A stretch of 64,000 nucleotides of DNA from Eledone cirrhosa (lineage: Eukaryota). The notes under the pieces are model-generated. The model was not told where the DNA came from and did not search any database. It was given only the letters and a program-made list of their open reading frames with translations. Shown piece after piece: positions 28,700 to 44,529 of this stretch (position 1 is the stretch's first letter; each line of letters opens with the position of its first letter). The DNA is taken from contig OZ024741.1 of the NCBI GenBank assembly GCA_964016885.1, positions 324,136,001 through 324,200,000 on the forward strand. Direction: 5' to 3'. The translations under genes and the position numbers were made by a program.

Positions 28700-29510
28700 A
28701 TATCTGGAGATCTCTCTGCACTTGTCATCACATGGTACCATGGGCCCAGCACTATGTGTCAATAATTGTCACAGGTGTAATGTTTGTACCAGAGTTTTCA
28801 AGTCGTTCAGCGCATCGGTAGGGATTCTCCTACATGGATATAAAGTAGTGGCCGTACTCGAAAACGAGTTGGCAGCCACCATATATATATGTATGTATAT
28901 ATGTATGTATATATATATATGTCAGGTCACCAGTTGGTGCTACTGGTAACATGTATCCCAGTACAACCTGTCTCATGGTCGGGTCGTTGGCGACTAAACT
29001 GGCAACCCCACCAAGGTTTCTTGGTGAGGAGGGTGACTTTGGACATCCTGCAGGACTAAAAACAAAACCTGTCAAAGGGCAAAGGAGCTCTTAAGAGTCA
29101 ATGGCCATCCAAAATCACCGGGAGAGATGACCCCTTAGCCTTTGTCAAGGCAGAATTCTAGGAGAAGGAAAACTCTGATATATCACCTGCTACCCTGACT
29201 TGTTCTTCTTTTTGGTAAATATCATCTTGGTTAAGAGAGTATGACTGGCTTTGTGTAGTGCCTTTGCTCACTATAAAAGCTTCACGGCACAGGCATTGCT
29301 TTATATCTGGATATCTCTCTGCACTTGTCGTCAAATGGTACCATGGGCCCAGCACTATGTGTCAATAATTGTCACAAGTGTAGTGTTTGTACCAGAGTTT
29401 TCAAATCGCTGGCTGAACTAAAAAGTCACACTCGTTCAGCCCATCGGCAGGGGTTCTCCTACATGGATATAAAGTAGTGGCCGTACTCGAAAACGAGTTT
29501 GCAACCACCA
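28700..29510 (+). mobile_element. Non-autonomous bipartite RTE-derived element (3' fragment 28700-28880; 5'UTR + 3' end copy 28920-29510)
   Basis: RTE-like 5'UTR motif ctaggagaaggaaaactctg; 3' part encodes a C2H2-like HRCNVCTRVFKS.. remnant; ends ..actcgaaaacgagttggcagccacc before (AT)n. Confidence 0.65.
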
Positions 29511-30055
29511 TATATATATGTATGAATGTATGTATATATATATGTATGTATATATGTATGTGTGTGTATATGTATGTATGTATATATATGTATGTATGTA
29601 TGTATGTATATGGGAGTGAAGGACCCCTAGCCAACATCATCATGTATGTATGTATGGATGTATGTTATTCTGGTTTTATAATTTCAAAAAAATTGCCAAT
29701 AGAGAGAGAGACGGTTCTAACATAGATACAAGACTCTCTCATTGGAGTTTACGCAACATCAACAAGGTAGATATGTATCCATATTTGCATGCATGTGTGT
29801 GCAGGTATAGATGTTATTGTATGTATGGATGTGTAAGCTTTACCTGCGTTTATAACTATCAGCTGTATGTATGTATATATGTATGTATGTATGTACGTAT
29901 GTATCAATGTATATATGTATTGTAAGGATGTATTTATGTATATGTACGAGTGTGTGTGTGTGCATGTATGTATGTTGTGGGATATAGAAGGAAGCATCTA
30001 GCATTTAGCTTGTATACATATATATTATACACACACACATATATATATTTATACA

Positions 30056-30093
<38 letters not shown>

Positions 30094-30593
30094 GACACAC
30101 AAAATTTAGACACACACATAGAGGAAGAGAAAGAGAGTGCGAGACAGAGAGGGTGAGAAAGAGAAAGTACCAAATACAGACATATACACAGATACACAAC
30201 ATCATATCATTATCAACCAATAAACAATTATCATCAGAATTACAAAAGTATAGAGGCAAACACGCAAACCTAGATATAGAAACACTTTTGTCAAACACAG
30301 CTATACACGCATAAACAAGATTTGATGACTTATAAACTTTAGAAAATCCTCTTAAGCATGAAATATTTCGAGTTATGCAATGTTTTTCAAAGAAATGTGT
30401 ATATATATATATGTGTTTGGGTGTTCGTGAATGTGGGTGTATGTATGTATATTCTTTAATCATTTAATAGTTTTACAGTGTTTGGTGCATATGCAGATAT
30501 ATATACATACATATATATATATATATATATACACATACATGCATACAGGTATACATACACAAACATGTTGGTATGCATATATGCATATATATG

Positions 30594-30627
<34 letters not shown>

Positions 30628-30798
30628 CACACATATATATATATATGCACATATATACAGATATATACGTGTCTGAGTACAATATGTGTTTCTCAAAAGA
30701 TATATGGCTTTCTCACTCTATATATATACAAATAAATCTCTAAATTTGAATATATGTATATACATATACATACGTGCGTCTGTGTGTATGTAAATATA

Positions 30799-30885
<87 letters not shown>

Positions 30886-31018
30886 AATATAATATAATAA
30901 AATATATGTATATATAGATAGATATGGATATAGTTATATATATGAATATATATATATATATATGTATATATATATTAATTCCAAATATTAACAAATATAG
31001 ACAATCGTGTGATCAAGT

Positions 31019-31087
31019 ATATTTTATTATACATATTTCAGAGGTACTGAGCTATCTTCAACAGTACGTCCTCATCAGATAAAATAT
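31019..31087 (-). ncRNA. Type I hammerhead ribozyme motif in a short insert within (TA)n
   Basis: Reverse complement: AUAUUUUAU-CUGAUGA-GGAC GUACUG..CAGUAC CUCU-GAAA U AUGU AUA-AUAAAAUAU (9-bp stem I). Confidence 0.75.
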
Positions 31088-31227
31088 GATGTTGCATGAC
31101 ATACCTTGATTAAGTAGATGGTTAAAATTCAGTCATATATATATGTATTTATATATAAATATATATATGTATATATATGTATGTATATATATATATGCAT
31201 ATCATATGTATATACATATATATATAT

Positions 31228-31410
31228 ATAACGAAGGAGTTGTGGTAAGTAACCAGATGGACCATAACGTACCAGAGTACTCAATACTTAGGGTAGTAGA
31301 GTGGGTAATAAGAGAAAGTATGACACCGACGGCAGAGCTAAAGTACTTTAGTCCAGAAATAGCCGTCGAAACGGCTTGAGCTCTGCCGTCGGGGTCATAC
31401 TTTCTCCATA
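31228..31410. repeat. Short interspersed repeat with internal inverted repeat; related copy at 57335-57440
   Basis: Shared gtggtaag.aaccagatggaccataacg and agtccagaa.tagccgtcgaaac.gcttgagctc; arms 31311-31339 / 31379-31406. Confidence 0.6.
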
Positions 31411-31414
31411 TATG

Positions 31415-31449
<35 letters not shown>

Positions 31450-31598
31450 TTGTGCGTGTGTGCAATGCTCGGAAAAGAAAAGCATACATCATCTGATTGT
31501 TAGCAGATATAAAAATGATCCTATGTATAATTTATAATTCCCATTTATATAGAAATGGTTTATCAGATATATTTTCATCAACTTCATATTTTATCTAT

Positions 31599-31658
<60 letters not shown>

Positions 31659-31826
31659 AACAACAAGAAGAACAACAAAAACAACAACAACGATTCAGAA
31701 ACGTAGCATTATATATATATATTCCAGAGTCGGGCTAGATCGATACAGATCGAACCTTGAGCTGATCAATAGCGAAACGTGCGTCACTACTCAATAAACG
31801 TAATGAAGACATTAATAATTTTCGCT

Positions 31827-31937
<111 letters not shown>

Positions 31938-32024
31938 TGTGTGTGTGTGTCTGTGTCTGTGTGTCTGTGTGGCTGTGTGTGTGTTTATGTATGTATGTAT
32001 GCATAAATATATATATATATATAT

Positions 32025-32705
32025 ATATTTATAATTATAATAGAATATAAAAGAAAAACGAATACAGACATATACATATATGTGTTCAAATCGTAAGGGA
32101 CCTGATCCGCTAAAGTGAAAAGACAATAGGGTTCGCTTGTCTCAATTTAAGAAAAAATTAAGAAAATAAATACAAACCGGAATTGTGGTAACTACCAATC
32201 ACCCAGACAACTTGTTGTTTCGCAAAGTTAATTGTGAATAGACATACCAATCCAAGCTCATCAGTGGGTGACGAATTAGTATCCTAGACACATCTAAGTA
32301 TGCTATATATAAAATACATAAAATATCGCACATGGCATTCTAGGGTGTCTCATAAACCCACACCACTAATAATAGCAGCCAGGTTTACTCGACATTTGAA
32401 ATAGCTCTTTCTATTCACAATTAACTTTGCGAAACAACAACAAGTTGTCTGGGTGATTGGTAGTTACCACAATTCCGGTTTGTATTTATTTTCTTAATTT
32501 TTTCTTAAATTGAGACAAGCAAACCCAATTGTCTATAGTTAGTATTCGTTTCACCTTAGCGGATCTGGTCCCTTACGATTTGAACACATACATATATATA
32601 TATATGTTTGTTCGTTTTTCTTTTATATTCTATTATAATATACGGCTCAGAAATATCTCTTTCTTAGAGCTATTTTATTGTAAGAGACTATTTTGAGTTC
32701 TTAAC
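32025..32705. mobile_element. Inverted pLTR-like pair with HHR, between microsatellites
   Basis: 32025-32242 is inverted at 32409-32640. Confidence 0.75.
32199..32271 (-). ncRNA. Type I hammerhead ribozyme with well-formed stem III
   Basis: Reverse complement: UCACCCA-CUGAUGA-GC..GC-GAAACAAC AA GUUGUC-UGGGUGA (7-bp stem I, GUC triplet). Confidence 0.78.
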
Positions 32706-32729
32706 TCAATATATACCTTTGATATATAT

Positions 32730-34320
<1,591 letters not shown>

Positions 34321-34399
34321 AGAGGTTGTAAGTGACAATACTCCTTTTCAAGTAAAACTTCGGAAAACGTGCTCTGCGACATGAAGTTAAAGTCCTTTA

Positions 34400-34965
34400 C
34401 GTTGTGAGTTGAAAGCCCGTCAAAGTTTGCTTTGCTTTCATCCTTACGGAGTCGATAAAAAAAGCACATGGAACGAACTGAGTTCGATTTAATCTACTTT
34501 CCCACACACTTCAAATTTCTGGCCTTGTGGGAAATATAGTAACAATTCTTATTATCCCCATAATAATTATAATGGTTCTTATAAAAGCATAAGGCCAGCA
34601 TTTTGGGGGAGAGGAAATCGACTCCAGTGCGTGACTGGTACTTTCTTTTATCGACCCCGTAAAGATGAAAGGCAAAGTTAACCTCTGCCTGTAAAGCTCT
34701 GACTGTAAAGGGCCGTAAATCTATGCTGCAAAGCACGGCATCCGACCCTCTGCCGATACTGCCAATACACCGCCCTAATAATAATGGTTTCTTTTATAGG
34801 CACAAGGCCAGTAATTTGGAGGGAGGGGAAAGTCGATTAAATCGACTCCAGTGTGTGACTGGTACTTTATTTTATCGACCTGTTAACGATGAAAAGCAAA
34901 GTTAACCTCGGCGGGATTCTAATAATAATAATAATAATAATAATGCTTTCTTTATTGGCCACACT
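34400..34965. mobile_element. SINE cluster (one diverged + copy, two - copies)
   Basis: SINE core and tail motifs. Confidence 0.75.
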
Positions 34966-37900
34966 TCATTCTCCACCTTCATCTTCCTTTCCAAGTGAAA
35001 CTTGAAAAAGTTGATGAGGGATTGGCCGAAGAGAAAAGTGTGTGTCTTCAGTCCTTTCAACCTGGTCGACCATACGCTTTCGCTACTGCCACCAGACAGA
35101 GGAAAATTACCTGCCCTTCCTGGCCAAAAGAAGGCGGTGGGTCGATCTTCACTATGGACTCGGCCGATAGTCGGATCCGTTCTACACGCGACAACAGCCG
35201 TTCGACATAACTGCACAAGTCAGTAATGCACGGACACTGGACGACTGCGTGCAGAACGGTTTCGTTGCTCTGCGCGCATCTCGGACAGGTCCGTCTGACG
35301 GCACTTCCGTGCCTGTAGAGTTTATCTAGAACCGGCAGTGCCCCTCCGTGGCACTGCGAAGAGAGGGCTTTTAGAAATTATTCATCGTCCCCGGCTCGAA
35401 AGTCCTCCGGTACAGACTGGTTAGTTCGACTTCGTCGGCGCCCAGAGCCTCTCCTAGTGCGTCGTCGCACTTGCCTACCACTAATCCTCTATAGAACTCA
35501 AGAGTGGAAGTTCCACTGATCGCATTGCCCGCCTGGTAGAGGACAGTGAGTGCCTGGCAGCATTCCAGATGCCAGTCACCCAGTCTTGGATTCTTCTTGA
35601 CCCAGGACTGCAGCTCAGTCAAAGAGACGAGCTGCGGAAAGGCCGGCCTGACAAACGGCGACCACACCTGTTCACCGTTTAAGCAGAATATTTGGAGATA
35701 CCGCAGCCTGAGCGCGTGTCTGCGCATCATTAGCCACGGCATGCCCAGCCCTCCACGTAGAGGGTACTGGCAGCAGATGGACCACCTCACCAACGGAACC
35801 TGACCCCTCCACAAGAATTTGAAGAGAAGCCGCTCCAAGTTGGTGAGGCGCGAACGGGGCCAGGGGACGACGGTCAAGCGGGAGTAGATGACGCACGCGA
35901 TGTACGCGTTCGCCACCTGCGCCCAACCTTTCAGTGATAGCTTCCTCGCAGCCCATTTCTGGGTGTGACTGGCTACCCTTCCCTTCTCCTCATCCCAATT
36001 CTTATCCACCTGGAGGTATGGCCCGAACCAAACCCCGAACAACTTTATCGGTCCGTCCGTCCAGCGACGAATGACGCTGTTGGACGGCATAGACTTGCCT
36101 CTCCAGGTGCTGAGTTGCAAGCCCACCGACTTTTCCGGGTTAAGTTTTGCTCCCGTCAACCTTTCATATTCCTCCAATAAGTTGCCGACCACCTCGATTT
36201 CTGAGGTGTCCGACACCATCACGGTGATGTCGTCCGCATAAGCGGACACAGCCTTTCCGCGTCCTAGTTCGAGCGAGATGCCCTGCAAGAGCTCCAGCTT
36301 CTGCATTAAAGACTCGAGAGTCAATACATAAAGAAGGGAGGAGAGGGGACACCCTTGACGGACCGATCGGGAGATCTCAAACGTTTCTGGGAGGTGGCCA
36401 TCAACCTTGACCACCGAGCAGATGCTGCTGTGCATTGCAGCGATCCAGCTTCTGAAGACTGGACCGAAGCCAGCCGCCTTTAGGACAGCCTCCAGGTACC
36501 GATGGTCGACCCTATCGAATGCTTTCGATTGATCTAAATTGATCAGAGCCCCAACGAAGCCAGGTTTACATCCCACCCTCTCTATGATGTATCGCATGAG
36601 GTGGAGGTTTTCATATATGGACCTGGTTGGGATTGCGCAAGTTTGCGCATCCCCAACCAAATTCTCGACGACAAGCGCCAACCTCTTCGCTAACCCCTTG
36701 GCCAAAATCTTAAACTCTGTGTTGAGCAGAGTTATGGACCTGAAATTGTCTAATGTGTCCCTCTTGTTCTCGTCTTTCCTTATCAGCGTCACTACGCCCC
36801 GTCTCACAGAATTGGGAATACACCCGTTCTGCTGTAAGTTGCAGTAGAGCGCTTCGAGGAGATCGGAAAACAAGTCTGGCATATTTCCGTAAGCTCGTAG
36901 GGCAAACCATCCAAACCGGGTGACTTGCGCCTCATGCAGCCCACAAGGGCATCCTGAATCTCGGCTGAAGTAATCGGCCTTTCGCAGCACCCAGCGTCGG
37001 CCTTCGTGAGTTGCGGCAAGTCATCGAGGTAGGGACTGATGTTCGCCACCGTCTCTGACTCGTCACTTCCCTTGAACAACCGAGCAAAATGTTGGCGAAA
37101 GGCCTCACACCTCCGCTTGGAATCGCTCAGCTCGTGTCCGTCTCGGTTCGTCAAAGACCGAATCGCGTTTTTATTACCACGCTGCGCCTCTGCTACGCGG
37201 GCCCATCGAGAAGCTTTGGTTCCCTCATTTCTCAGAGCACGCGCCTTAGTTCTGACAATGGAACCTTCGTGTTTCGCATTGAAGAAATTATCTCATGCCA
37301 TTCTCGCTGCTAGCACGTTAGTTGTAATACCACTACAAATAACCTCGTCTAACTTATCTACCAACTCTCCCTCCTTTCTATTTTTCTCTAACGCTACTTC
37401 TTTGCTAAACTCTATCGACATTACTCTAATCTCTCTTTTGAGAGCCACCCACCATCTATTGTTGATGACTTCTCTCATCAACTTTTTTCTTAACTAAATT
37501 GTTGACCCGGTCCCTGTAAGCGTTACGTGCCGGAAATGTTCAGCTTCCAGTAACCAGGCCCTAACCTACGCGTCTTATCTAGGTCGACCACAAACTTGTG
37601 ATCTGAATAGGCGACCGTATGTAATTGTGGACACCCTATACTATCCTTATCCATTAATCTAATTAGAAACCTATCTAAGTACTATCTAGATGTCCCTAAA
37701 CGATTTGTCCAGGTCCACACTGGCGCATTAGGGAAATCTAGTTGGTACCTGTCAGACAATTGGAACTGGCTGATCAGGTACTTGAGGCTTTTACACCCCT
37801 CGCTCCTATCGGATACTCCCACACAGTCCCAGCGTGCGCCTAAGATTCCGTTCCAGGCCCCCGCTAACAGTAAAGGGCGAGGCGTACACAAAAAGGCTTC

Positions 37901-38264
37901 CAGGCGTCTAAAGAAATCCGGCCGTCCTGCCACGGTAGGGGCGTAGACGGCCACCACCTTCGCTATTGTTCCCGTCCAGGACCACCAACTTTCCGTCCGG
38001 GTCCCGGAAGATCGACCTTACCCCGAGATCCATGCTTTTCCTAAACAGCACTGCCACCCCACCTCCCACTCCCGGCCAACTAACAGATGCGAATATCTGA
38101 TAGTCGTCGAAAGTAGGGGCTAGTGTACGCTTGTTGGAAATCCTGGTCTCGCTGACGGCAATTACATCCATTTCTAGAGACCTGAGGTCGTTGAGCAGGT
38201 GACTCTGCTTCCAGGACGATCCCATGCCTCGAACATTTAAACATCCTAATCTTAATATGGCCAT
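34960..38264 (-). pseudogene. Tx1-like ORF2 (AP endonuclease + reverse transcriptase), disrupted
   Basis: Collinear ORF pieces 37908-38264, 37682-37957, 37293-37481, 36804-37154, 35371-36990, 34902-35216. Confidence 0.9.
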
Positions 38265-38399
38265 GTTGGCAGGCTAAAAGAGAGGGGAAAGGTTTACTTA
38301 CCTCCCCGTGCTCTTGTGAAGGTCGGGGGTTCGACCTCCATAGTTGGTTGGGTTTCTTTGGGGAACCCCTTTAAAAGCCAACTTGAGGCTTTTACACTG

Positions 38400-40130
38400 G
38401 GTGTTCCCACGTCGATGGGGAAGCCCTCCCTAATTGTTTATAATTGCTTAGTGCCATTCGCACCAGCAAAAGTGTTTGTGGCACCTTGAAGGTTCAAGTG
38501 TTAAACGCCTCCCCGTCTTTCTCTATTTCCTTACTTCGTATTATGAGGTTCAGTAATTTTGTGTTCGATTTCCTCACTAACACGAAGTTAGGTGTTGTTG
38601 TGGTTGTAAGTTGTTGCTGTGTGTGTTTTCTTTCAGTTGTTTGTGTTAGTGGTAGTGTTGTTGGCGGAGATGGTGTTTGTGTTGACGGTTGTGTTTTTGC
38701 GGGGAAGGGTGTTGTAGTATGTGTGTCTGTGTTTGGTGCGAATGTCTTTTTTGTTTGCTGTTTGTTTTGGTGTGTGAGATTTCTCTTTTGTTTTTTTGGC
38801 TTTTGGTGTTCCCCCTCAGCTTCGCTTAGTGGTGAAGGGGATTCTGTGTTTGTGTCGGCTGTAAGTGGCAGTGCGTGTATGGGTGTGTGTGTTTCAATGT
38901 GTGTGTGTTCGAGAGGGAGGGGACGGGAGAGCTTCTTTGGAGTGGCCCCTGGGTGGTCTTGGTTGTATTTGCAGTTGTTGTTGGTTCTGCTGCAGATTTT
39001 GTTGTTGTTTGTGTTGTTATTTCACGATGAGGCCCCAGCGTGGGCAGCAGCGGAGACTTTTGACCCCTTGCATTTTTCAACAGCTGAGGGTAAATGGCTC
39101 GCAAGTGTGTTTTTTTGCCGCAACTTAAACAGTGCGGCCTTTTAACTTCAGCCATCACTTGTAGATATCTGATCCGGGATTTTCTTTATTTCTTCAGGTT
39201 TGAGAGGACTAGTTACCTCTATTGGGACGGCATCTGATCCCTCCACATTCACGCATCCCAAGAGCCACCACATGTCTAGTCCAGGTGGAATCCTGGGAAA
39301 GCGGACTCTAATTGTTCTTTTTACCATGTAATAACCTTACTGGTTTTGCAAGGGGTCATCGAGTGCTTAAAAGCGAGGGCCTCTGACTTAAACAGCACCG
39401 AGATGGTGCCGTATTGTTGACCCCTCGCTAAGTACTCTGTATCTCCTCTGATGCACTTCAGCGCAGCCTCGACGTCTGCTTGGGGAGAGTTTGTGGCTCT
39501 TTTCGTCTCAACTGAGATGCATCTGAAGACCAGAGTTCTCTTCTCCACCGTTTCTATGACCTCTGCCGGGGTAGTTAAGTTGGTCCAGATTTGATCCTGT
39601 TTGATGAGCTTCCATGCCTGGGCCAACTTTGTTTCCTTGTCTGTCAAGTCCATGTTGAAGCATGACATTTTCTTGGCTGCTGCCGCAGCGAAAGTGTTCT
39701 TGTTGTTGTTGTCATTGTTCTTGTTGGTGCTGTTATTGTTATCACTGTTGCTGTTATCATTGTTATCTTTGCTGCCACCATTGTTGTTGTTCTCGGTGCA
39801 GTTGGTATTGTTGCTGTTGGTGCTGTCGTCGCTTATGTTCTGGCTAGTGGTGTTAATTTCGTTGTTGTTTTCGTTGATATTGTTGCTGCTGCTATTGTTG
39901 TTGTTGTTGTGGTTGTCACTGTTGTTGATATTGTTGTATTTGTTATCGTTATTTCTGTTGTTGTTGTTGTTGTCATTATTGCAGTTGTTGTTGATTTTCC
40001 TGTCGTTGTTGCTGGTGCTGTTGTCGTTCTTGTTCACGACTGTTTTTTTTTACTGTTTTTAGTAATGTCGCTGTTGCTGCTGTTGTCATTTTTGTTCTCA
40101 CTGTTGTTGGTGCTGGTGTTGGCGATATTG
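38400..40130 (-). pseudogene. Tx1-like ORF1 (gag-like), disrupted
   Basis: ORFs 39321-40037 and 38826-39158; similar remnants at 45840-46800 and 3300-4170. Confidence 0.7.
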
Positions 40131-40457
40131 CCTGATGTGTTGTTACATTTTAAAATTGTTGCGGGAGGGGCAGCGTTATTAGCCTCAAAGTTTGACTCGC
40201 TGTCTCAAGATAGCAAAGTCAAAGTTGGGGCGTGCCTCCGCCGTGTTTTTTTTTCGATAAAAATGTTCTTTTAAACACACAAACTTTAAATATTTGGGCC
40301 TTTTGGCCCAAATATAATGGGGAGTCCTTTCTTGCGGGCAAAGACTAAAGTCTTATTTCCTCTTTGAAACAAAAATATTAATGACAAACGTATTTCAAAC
40401 CGTTGAAAAAAACAAACTTACGAGCTCACGATAGTACGTCCATTCGCTTCAACGACC

Positions 40458-40489
<32 letters not shown>

Positions 40490-40504
40490 TAAATAAATAA
40501 ATAA

Positions 40505-42030
40505 ATTAATCACTTGTTCTACATGGATTACCTGAAACTATTTGCAAAAAATGATGAGCAATTGTAAGGGCTAATATCCACTGTGAAACAATTCAGTGAT
40601 GACATTAAAATGGAGTTTGGACTAGATAAATGCGCCAAAGCCACGTTCACCAGAGGAAAGCTGCTGAAAAGTTCATACATTAATCTTGATCGGGGGAACG
40701 TGATAAAAGAACTTGATCAAGAGGAAACTTACACATATCTAAGTGTTTGTGAATGAGACGGAATCAAGCACTCAACAATGAGGGAAAGGATAAGGAAGGA
40801 ATGTTACCGCAGAGTAAGAGCAATTTTAAGAAAGAAGTTGAATGCAAGGAAGAGGATCGATGCCATAAACACACTTGCCATACCAGTAGTAACTTACAGT
40901 TTCGGTGTCATCAACTGGTAAAGCACGGAGAGCCGTAGGCTTGATACGAAAATTAGAAAATGTTTAACCATGCACAGAATGCATCACCCTAAGGCAGATA
41001 CAGATAGAATGTATCTCCCTAGGAAAGAAGGAGGAAGTGGATTAATCCAGTTAGATATTGTTTTGAAAACAGCAACAATTGGATTATCTACATATCTAAG
41101 GGAGGCACATGATTGGATGATCAAAATCGTTTTGAAACATGAAAGAACCAAAAGATCATACTCCATTACAAAAGATGCACAAAGATACAGTAATTAACTA
41201 CACATTTCAGAAGTTCCCTTTACTGCTGAAATGAAAAACACAGAGAAACACAGAGGACTGATTATATCAGCACAAGATCAGTGTCTGCCAACAAAAAATT
41301 ATCAAGCCAACATAATAAAAAATGGATGCAACCCATTATGCCGTGTATGTAAAAAACAACTAGAGACCATTAATTATATAATTTCAATGTGCTGTCCTAA
41401 ATAGGCACGACAGAGCTGCACAATATATACATTGGATAATGAGCACGAATTTTAACCTGCCCCATCAAAAGAATTGGTGGGAGCCTCAACCACCTCTCGT
41501 ACTTTAAAAAGATCACATGTCAATTTTGTGGAACTTTAGCATCCGAACAGACCGAAAAATAGATGCAAATAGACCTGATATAATACTGAAGGACTTTAAA
41601 AAGAGGGTATGCCTGCTAATTGATATGTCCGTTCCAATAGACAAGAATGTATCTATAACACATTTGAAAAATTGAGCAAGTATAAAGACCTGGAGATAGA
41701 AATTGGAAAAATGTGGAAGTTGAGGACTAAAACAATACCAGTGGTTGTAGGCGCTCTAGGAATTATACCTAAAGGGTCTAATGATTACTTATCACAAATA
41801 CCAGGAAACCCGCATATAGAAGAAATGCAAAAGATAGTACTAATGGGAACTGCCCATATACTAATGAAGATTCTGTCAAAATAAATACAAGACAAGTGTA
41901 AATACCTAAAGATGCACGTGTGTCTGTATGTGTTTTTTCCTGAACATGGTGGATTTTATTGTCTCTTGAGGTCACTGGTTGTGACTTGGAGATAACTCGT
42001 ATGAACATAAAGCACGATAAATGAAATAAT
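40505..42030 (+). mobile_element. Dong/R4-clade LINE, 5'-truncated (RT end, CCHC, restriction-like endonuclease)
   Basis: INHLFYMD.LKL, MEFGLDKC, HHPKADTDRMYLPRKEGG, RHD, NRPDII, KYKDLEIEI..IPVVVGALG; starts after (AAT)n. Confidence 0.88.
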
Positions 42031-44010
42031 AAACTATAGGCCTATCAAATGTCTGTACGTAATGTGGAAACTGTTAACAATCCTTGTGTCTGAGGAAATA
42101 TACCATCACCTCCATATAACTTGTTACCGGACGAACGGAAAGGACGCCGAAAGAAGTTCCGTGGTACAAAAGACCAGTTACTTATTGATAAGATGGTAAT
42201 AAGGAATTGCAATAGGAGGCACAGTGGTCTTGCCATGGGATGGATAGATTACAAAACGGCATTCGACATGGTACCTCATTCTTGGATAACCAAAAGCCTA
42301 GAGATCTTCAAGGTGGCAGATAACATCAGACAGTTGTTGAGCAAAAGTATGAAGTCCTGTGAAACAGAGTTAACATCAGGTGGAGGATACTTGGGAGGCG
42401 TGAAGATCAAGAGAGGTATCTTCCAGGGAGAAAGTTTGTCCCCCCTACTGTTTGTCCTTGCCCTGATACCCCTGTCCGTTATATTGCGAAAGGCAAGAGC
42501 AGGATACAAGTTGGGAACAGGAGAGCTTACCATCAACCACCACCTCTTCATGGACGATCTTAAACTCTTTGGGAAGTGTGAGACGGAGTTGGATGTACTT
42601 GTTGACACTGTCCGTATTTTCAACAATGATATAAGTATGGAATTTGGTGTTAATAAGTGTGGAGTTCTAGTGATGAAGAGGGGTAAATTGAGCAGAAGCA
42701 ACGGAATCCAGGTACCAACAGGTGAGATGTTAAAGGAAATTGACACTGAAGAGGGATACAAATATTTAGGTGTTCTGGAGGCAGAGGACATCAAGAACAA
42801 AAAATGAAAGAATTGATAAGATCTGAATACATTCGGAGATTAAGGAACGTATTGAAATCACATCTAAATAGTAGGAATATCATAAGTGCAGTAAATTCCC
42901 GAGCTGTGTCTATTAATAGGTACACTGCAGGAATTCTGAAATGGAATGTTACTGAACAAAAAGAAATGGATAGGAAGACTAGGAAGCTAATGACTATCTA
43001 CAACATATTCCACAAGAGGAGTGATAGTCGATAGACTCTACTTAAAGAGATCTGAAAGTGGAAGAGGTCTTATCAGCATAGAGGAATGTGTTCAGATGGA
43101 GAAAAACAACCTGCATAAATATGTGACTGACAGTAGGGAACCAATGCTCAGAATTGTACTGAAGGAGAAGACAATAGATGTCCAATGAGGAAATAACAAC
43201 AAGGAAAAATCCCTTCATTTCACCTTCTTTAAGAAAACGGAACTTACAGATCCACAGACATGGAACTGGTTAAAAAGAGGAGACCTTAAAAAAGCTACAG
43301 AAGGAATGCTAATGGCTGCACAAGAACAAGCCCTCAGAAGGAAGTGGGTGACACACCATATTGACAAGGAGGGGGCTAGCTCACTGTGTAGGATCTGTGG
43401 AGAGAGGAGACTGTGGCTCACATTGTGTCCGAGTGTAAAACCTAGCCCAGACTCACTATAAAGGCTGGAGACATGATGTGATAGGCAGGGTGATCCACTG
43501 GCATCTATGCAAACTAAACAATTTATCACATTCTGAGAAGTGGTATGAGCATAAGCAGAGTTGGTGATAGAAAACGATCAGGTGAAGTTGCTATGGGATT
43601 TTAGGATACAGACGGACAAGAAATTAGAACACATTAGGCCTGACTTGATGGTTTTGGACAAGGAAAAAATATCGTGCCTGATTGTAGATGTAGCCTGCCC
43701 ATTTGACACGAGAGTGCAAGAAAAGGAGAGGGATAAAATTGACCGATACTAGGATTTAAAGTGGGAGTTAAAAAGGATTTGGAACTGCCATGAAATCAAA
43801 GCCGTCCGGATTGTCATAGGCGCACTAGGTTCTATCTCCAAGAGTTTCCAGGGATGGTTAAGAAGATTAGTCTAGCCCCGCTTTTTGGAACACTTCAAAA
43901 GGTATGCTATACGTCCTGGATATCTGAGGCTGCAGGTAGCAGCTTGATATTCATTTCAACAAACTTTCCAGTTAAATAACATCAATGACTGAGACTCAAA
44001 GAATAATAAT
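42030..44010 (+). mobile_element. Second Dong/R4-clade LINE, 5'-truncated
   Basis: [58 protein letters not shown]; ends aaagaataataat. Confidence 0.9.
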
Positions 44011-44114
44011 GGCACAAGGCCAGCAATTACCCAGTACATTACTGGTACTTTATTTTATCGACCCCGTAAGGATGAAAGGCAAAGTTAACCTCGGCGGGAT
44101 TAACTTAACCTTAA

Positions 44115-44152
<38 letters not shown>

Positions 44153-44525
44153 CAGTAGGTATCCAATGCTCAAAACTGTACTGAAGCAGAAGACAATAGA
44201 CCAATGATGTCCAAGGAGGAAATAACAAGGAAGAAAAGCACCTACATGAAAAATCCCTTCATAGTACCTTCTTTAAGAAAACTGAATTTAGAGATCCACA
44301 GACATGGAACTGGTTAAAAAGAGGAGACCTTAAAAATGCTACAGAAGGAATGCTAATGGGTGTGCAAGAGCAGGCCCTCAGAACGAAGTGGGTGAAACAC
44401 CATATTTACAAGAACCCTCCGATACGTCCTGAATATCTGAAGCTGCAGGTAGCGGTTTGATATTCATTTCAACAAACTTTCCAATTTAATAACATCAATG
44501 ACTGAGACTCAAAGAATAATAATAA
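44005..44525. mobile_element. Partial SINE (-, 44005-44100), (AAT)n, and an internally deleted Dong 3' fragment (+, 44150-44525)
   Basis: 44150-44525 duplicates parts of 43130-43370 and 43905-44010. Confidence 0.75.
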
Positions 44526-44529
44526 TTTC

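Larger units (their letters stand above)
34945..40457 (-). mobile_element. Near full-length Tx1/L1-clade LINE (ORF1 + APE-RT ORF2), frameshifted, flanked by (AAT)n on both sides
   Basis: APE LRLGCLNVRG..DVIAVSETR; RT LDQSKAFDRVDH, VRQGCPLS, AYADD; ORF1 with Asn-rich N-terminus and a knuckle-like RPHCLSCGKKTH. Confidence 0.92.
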
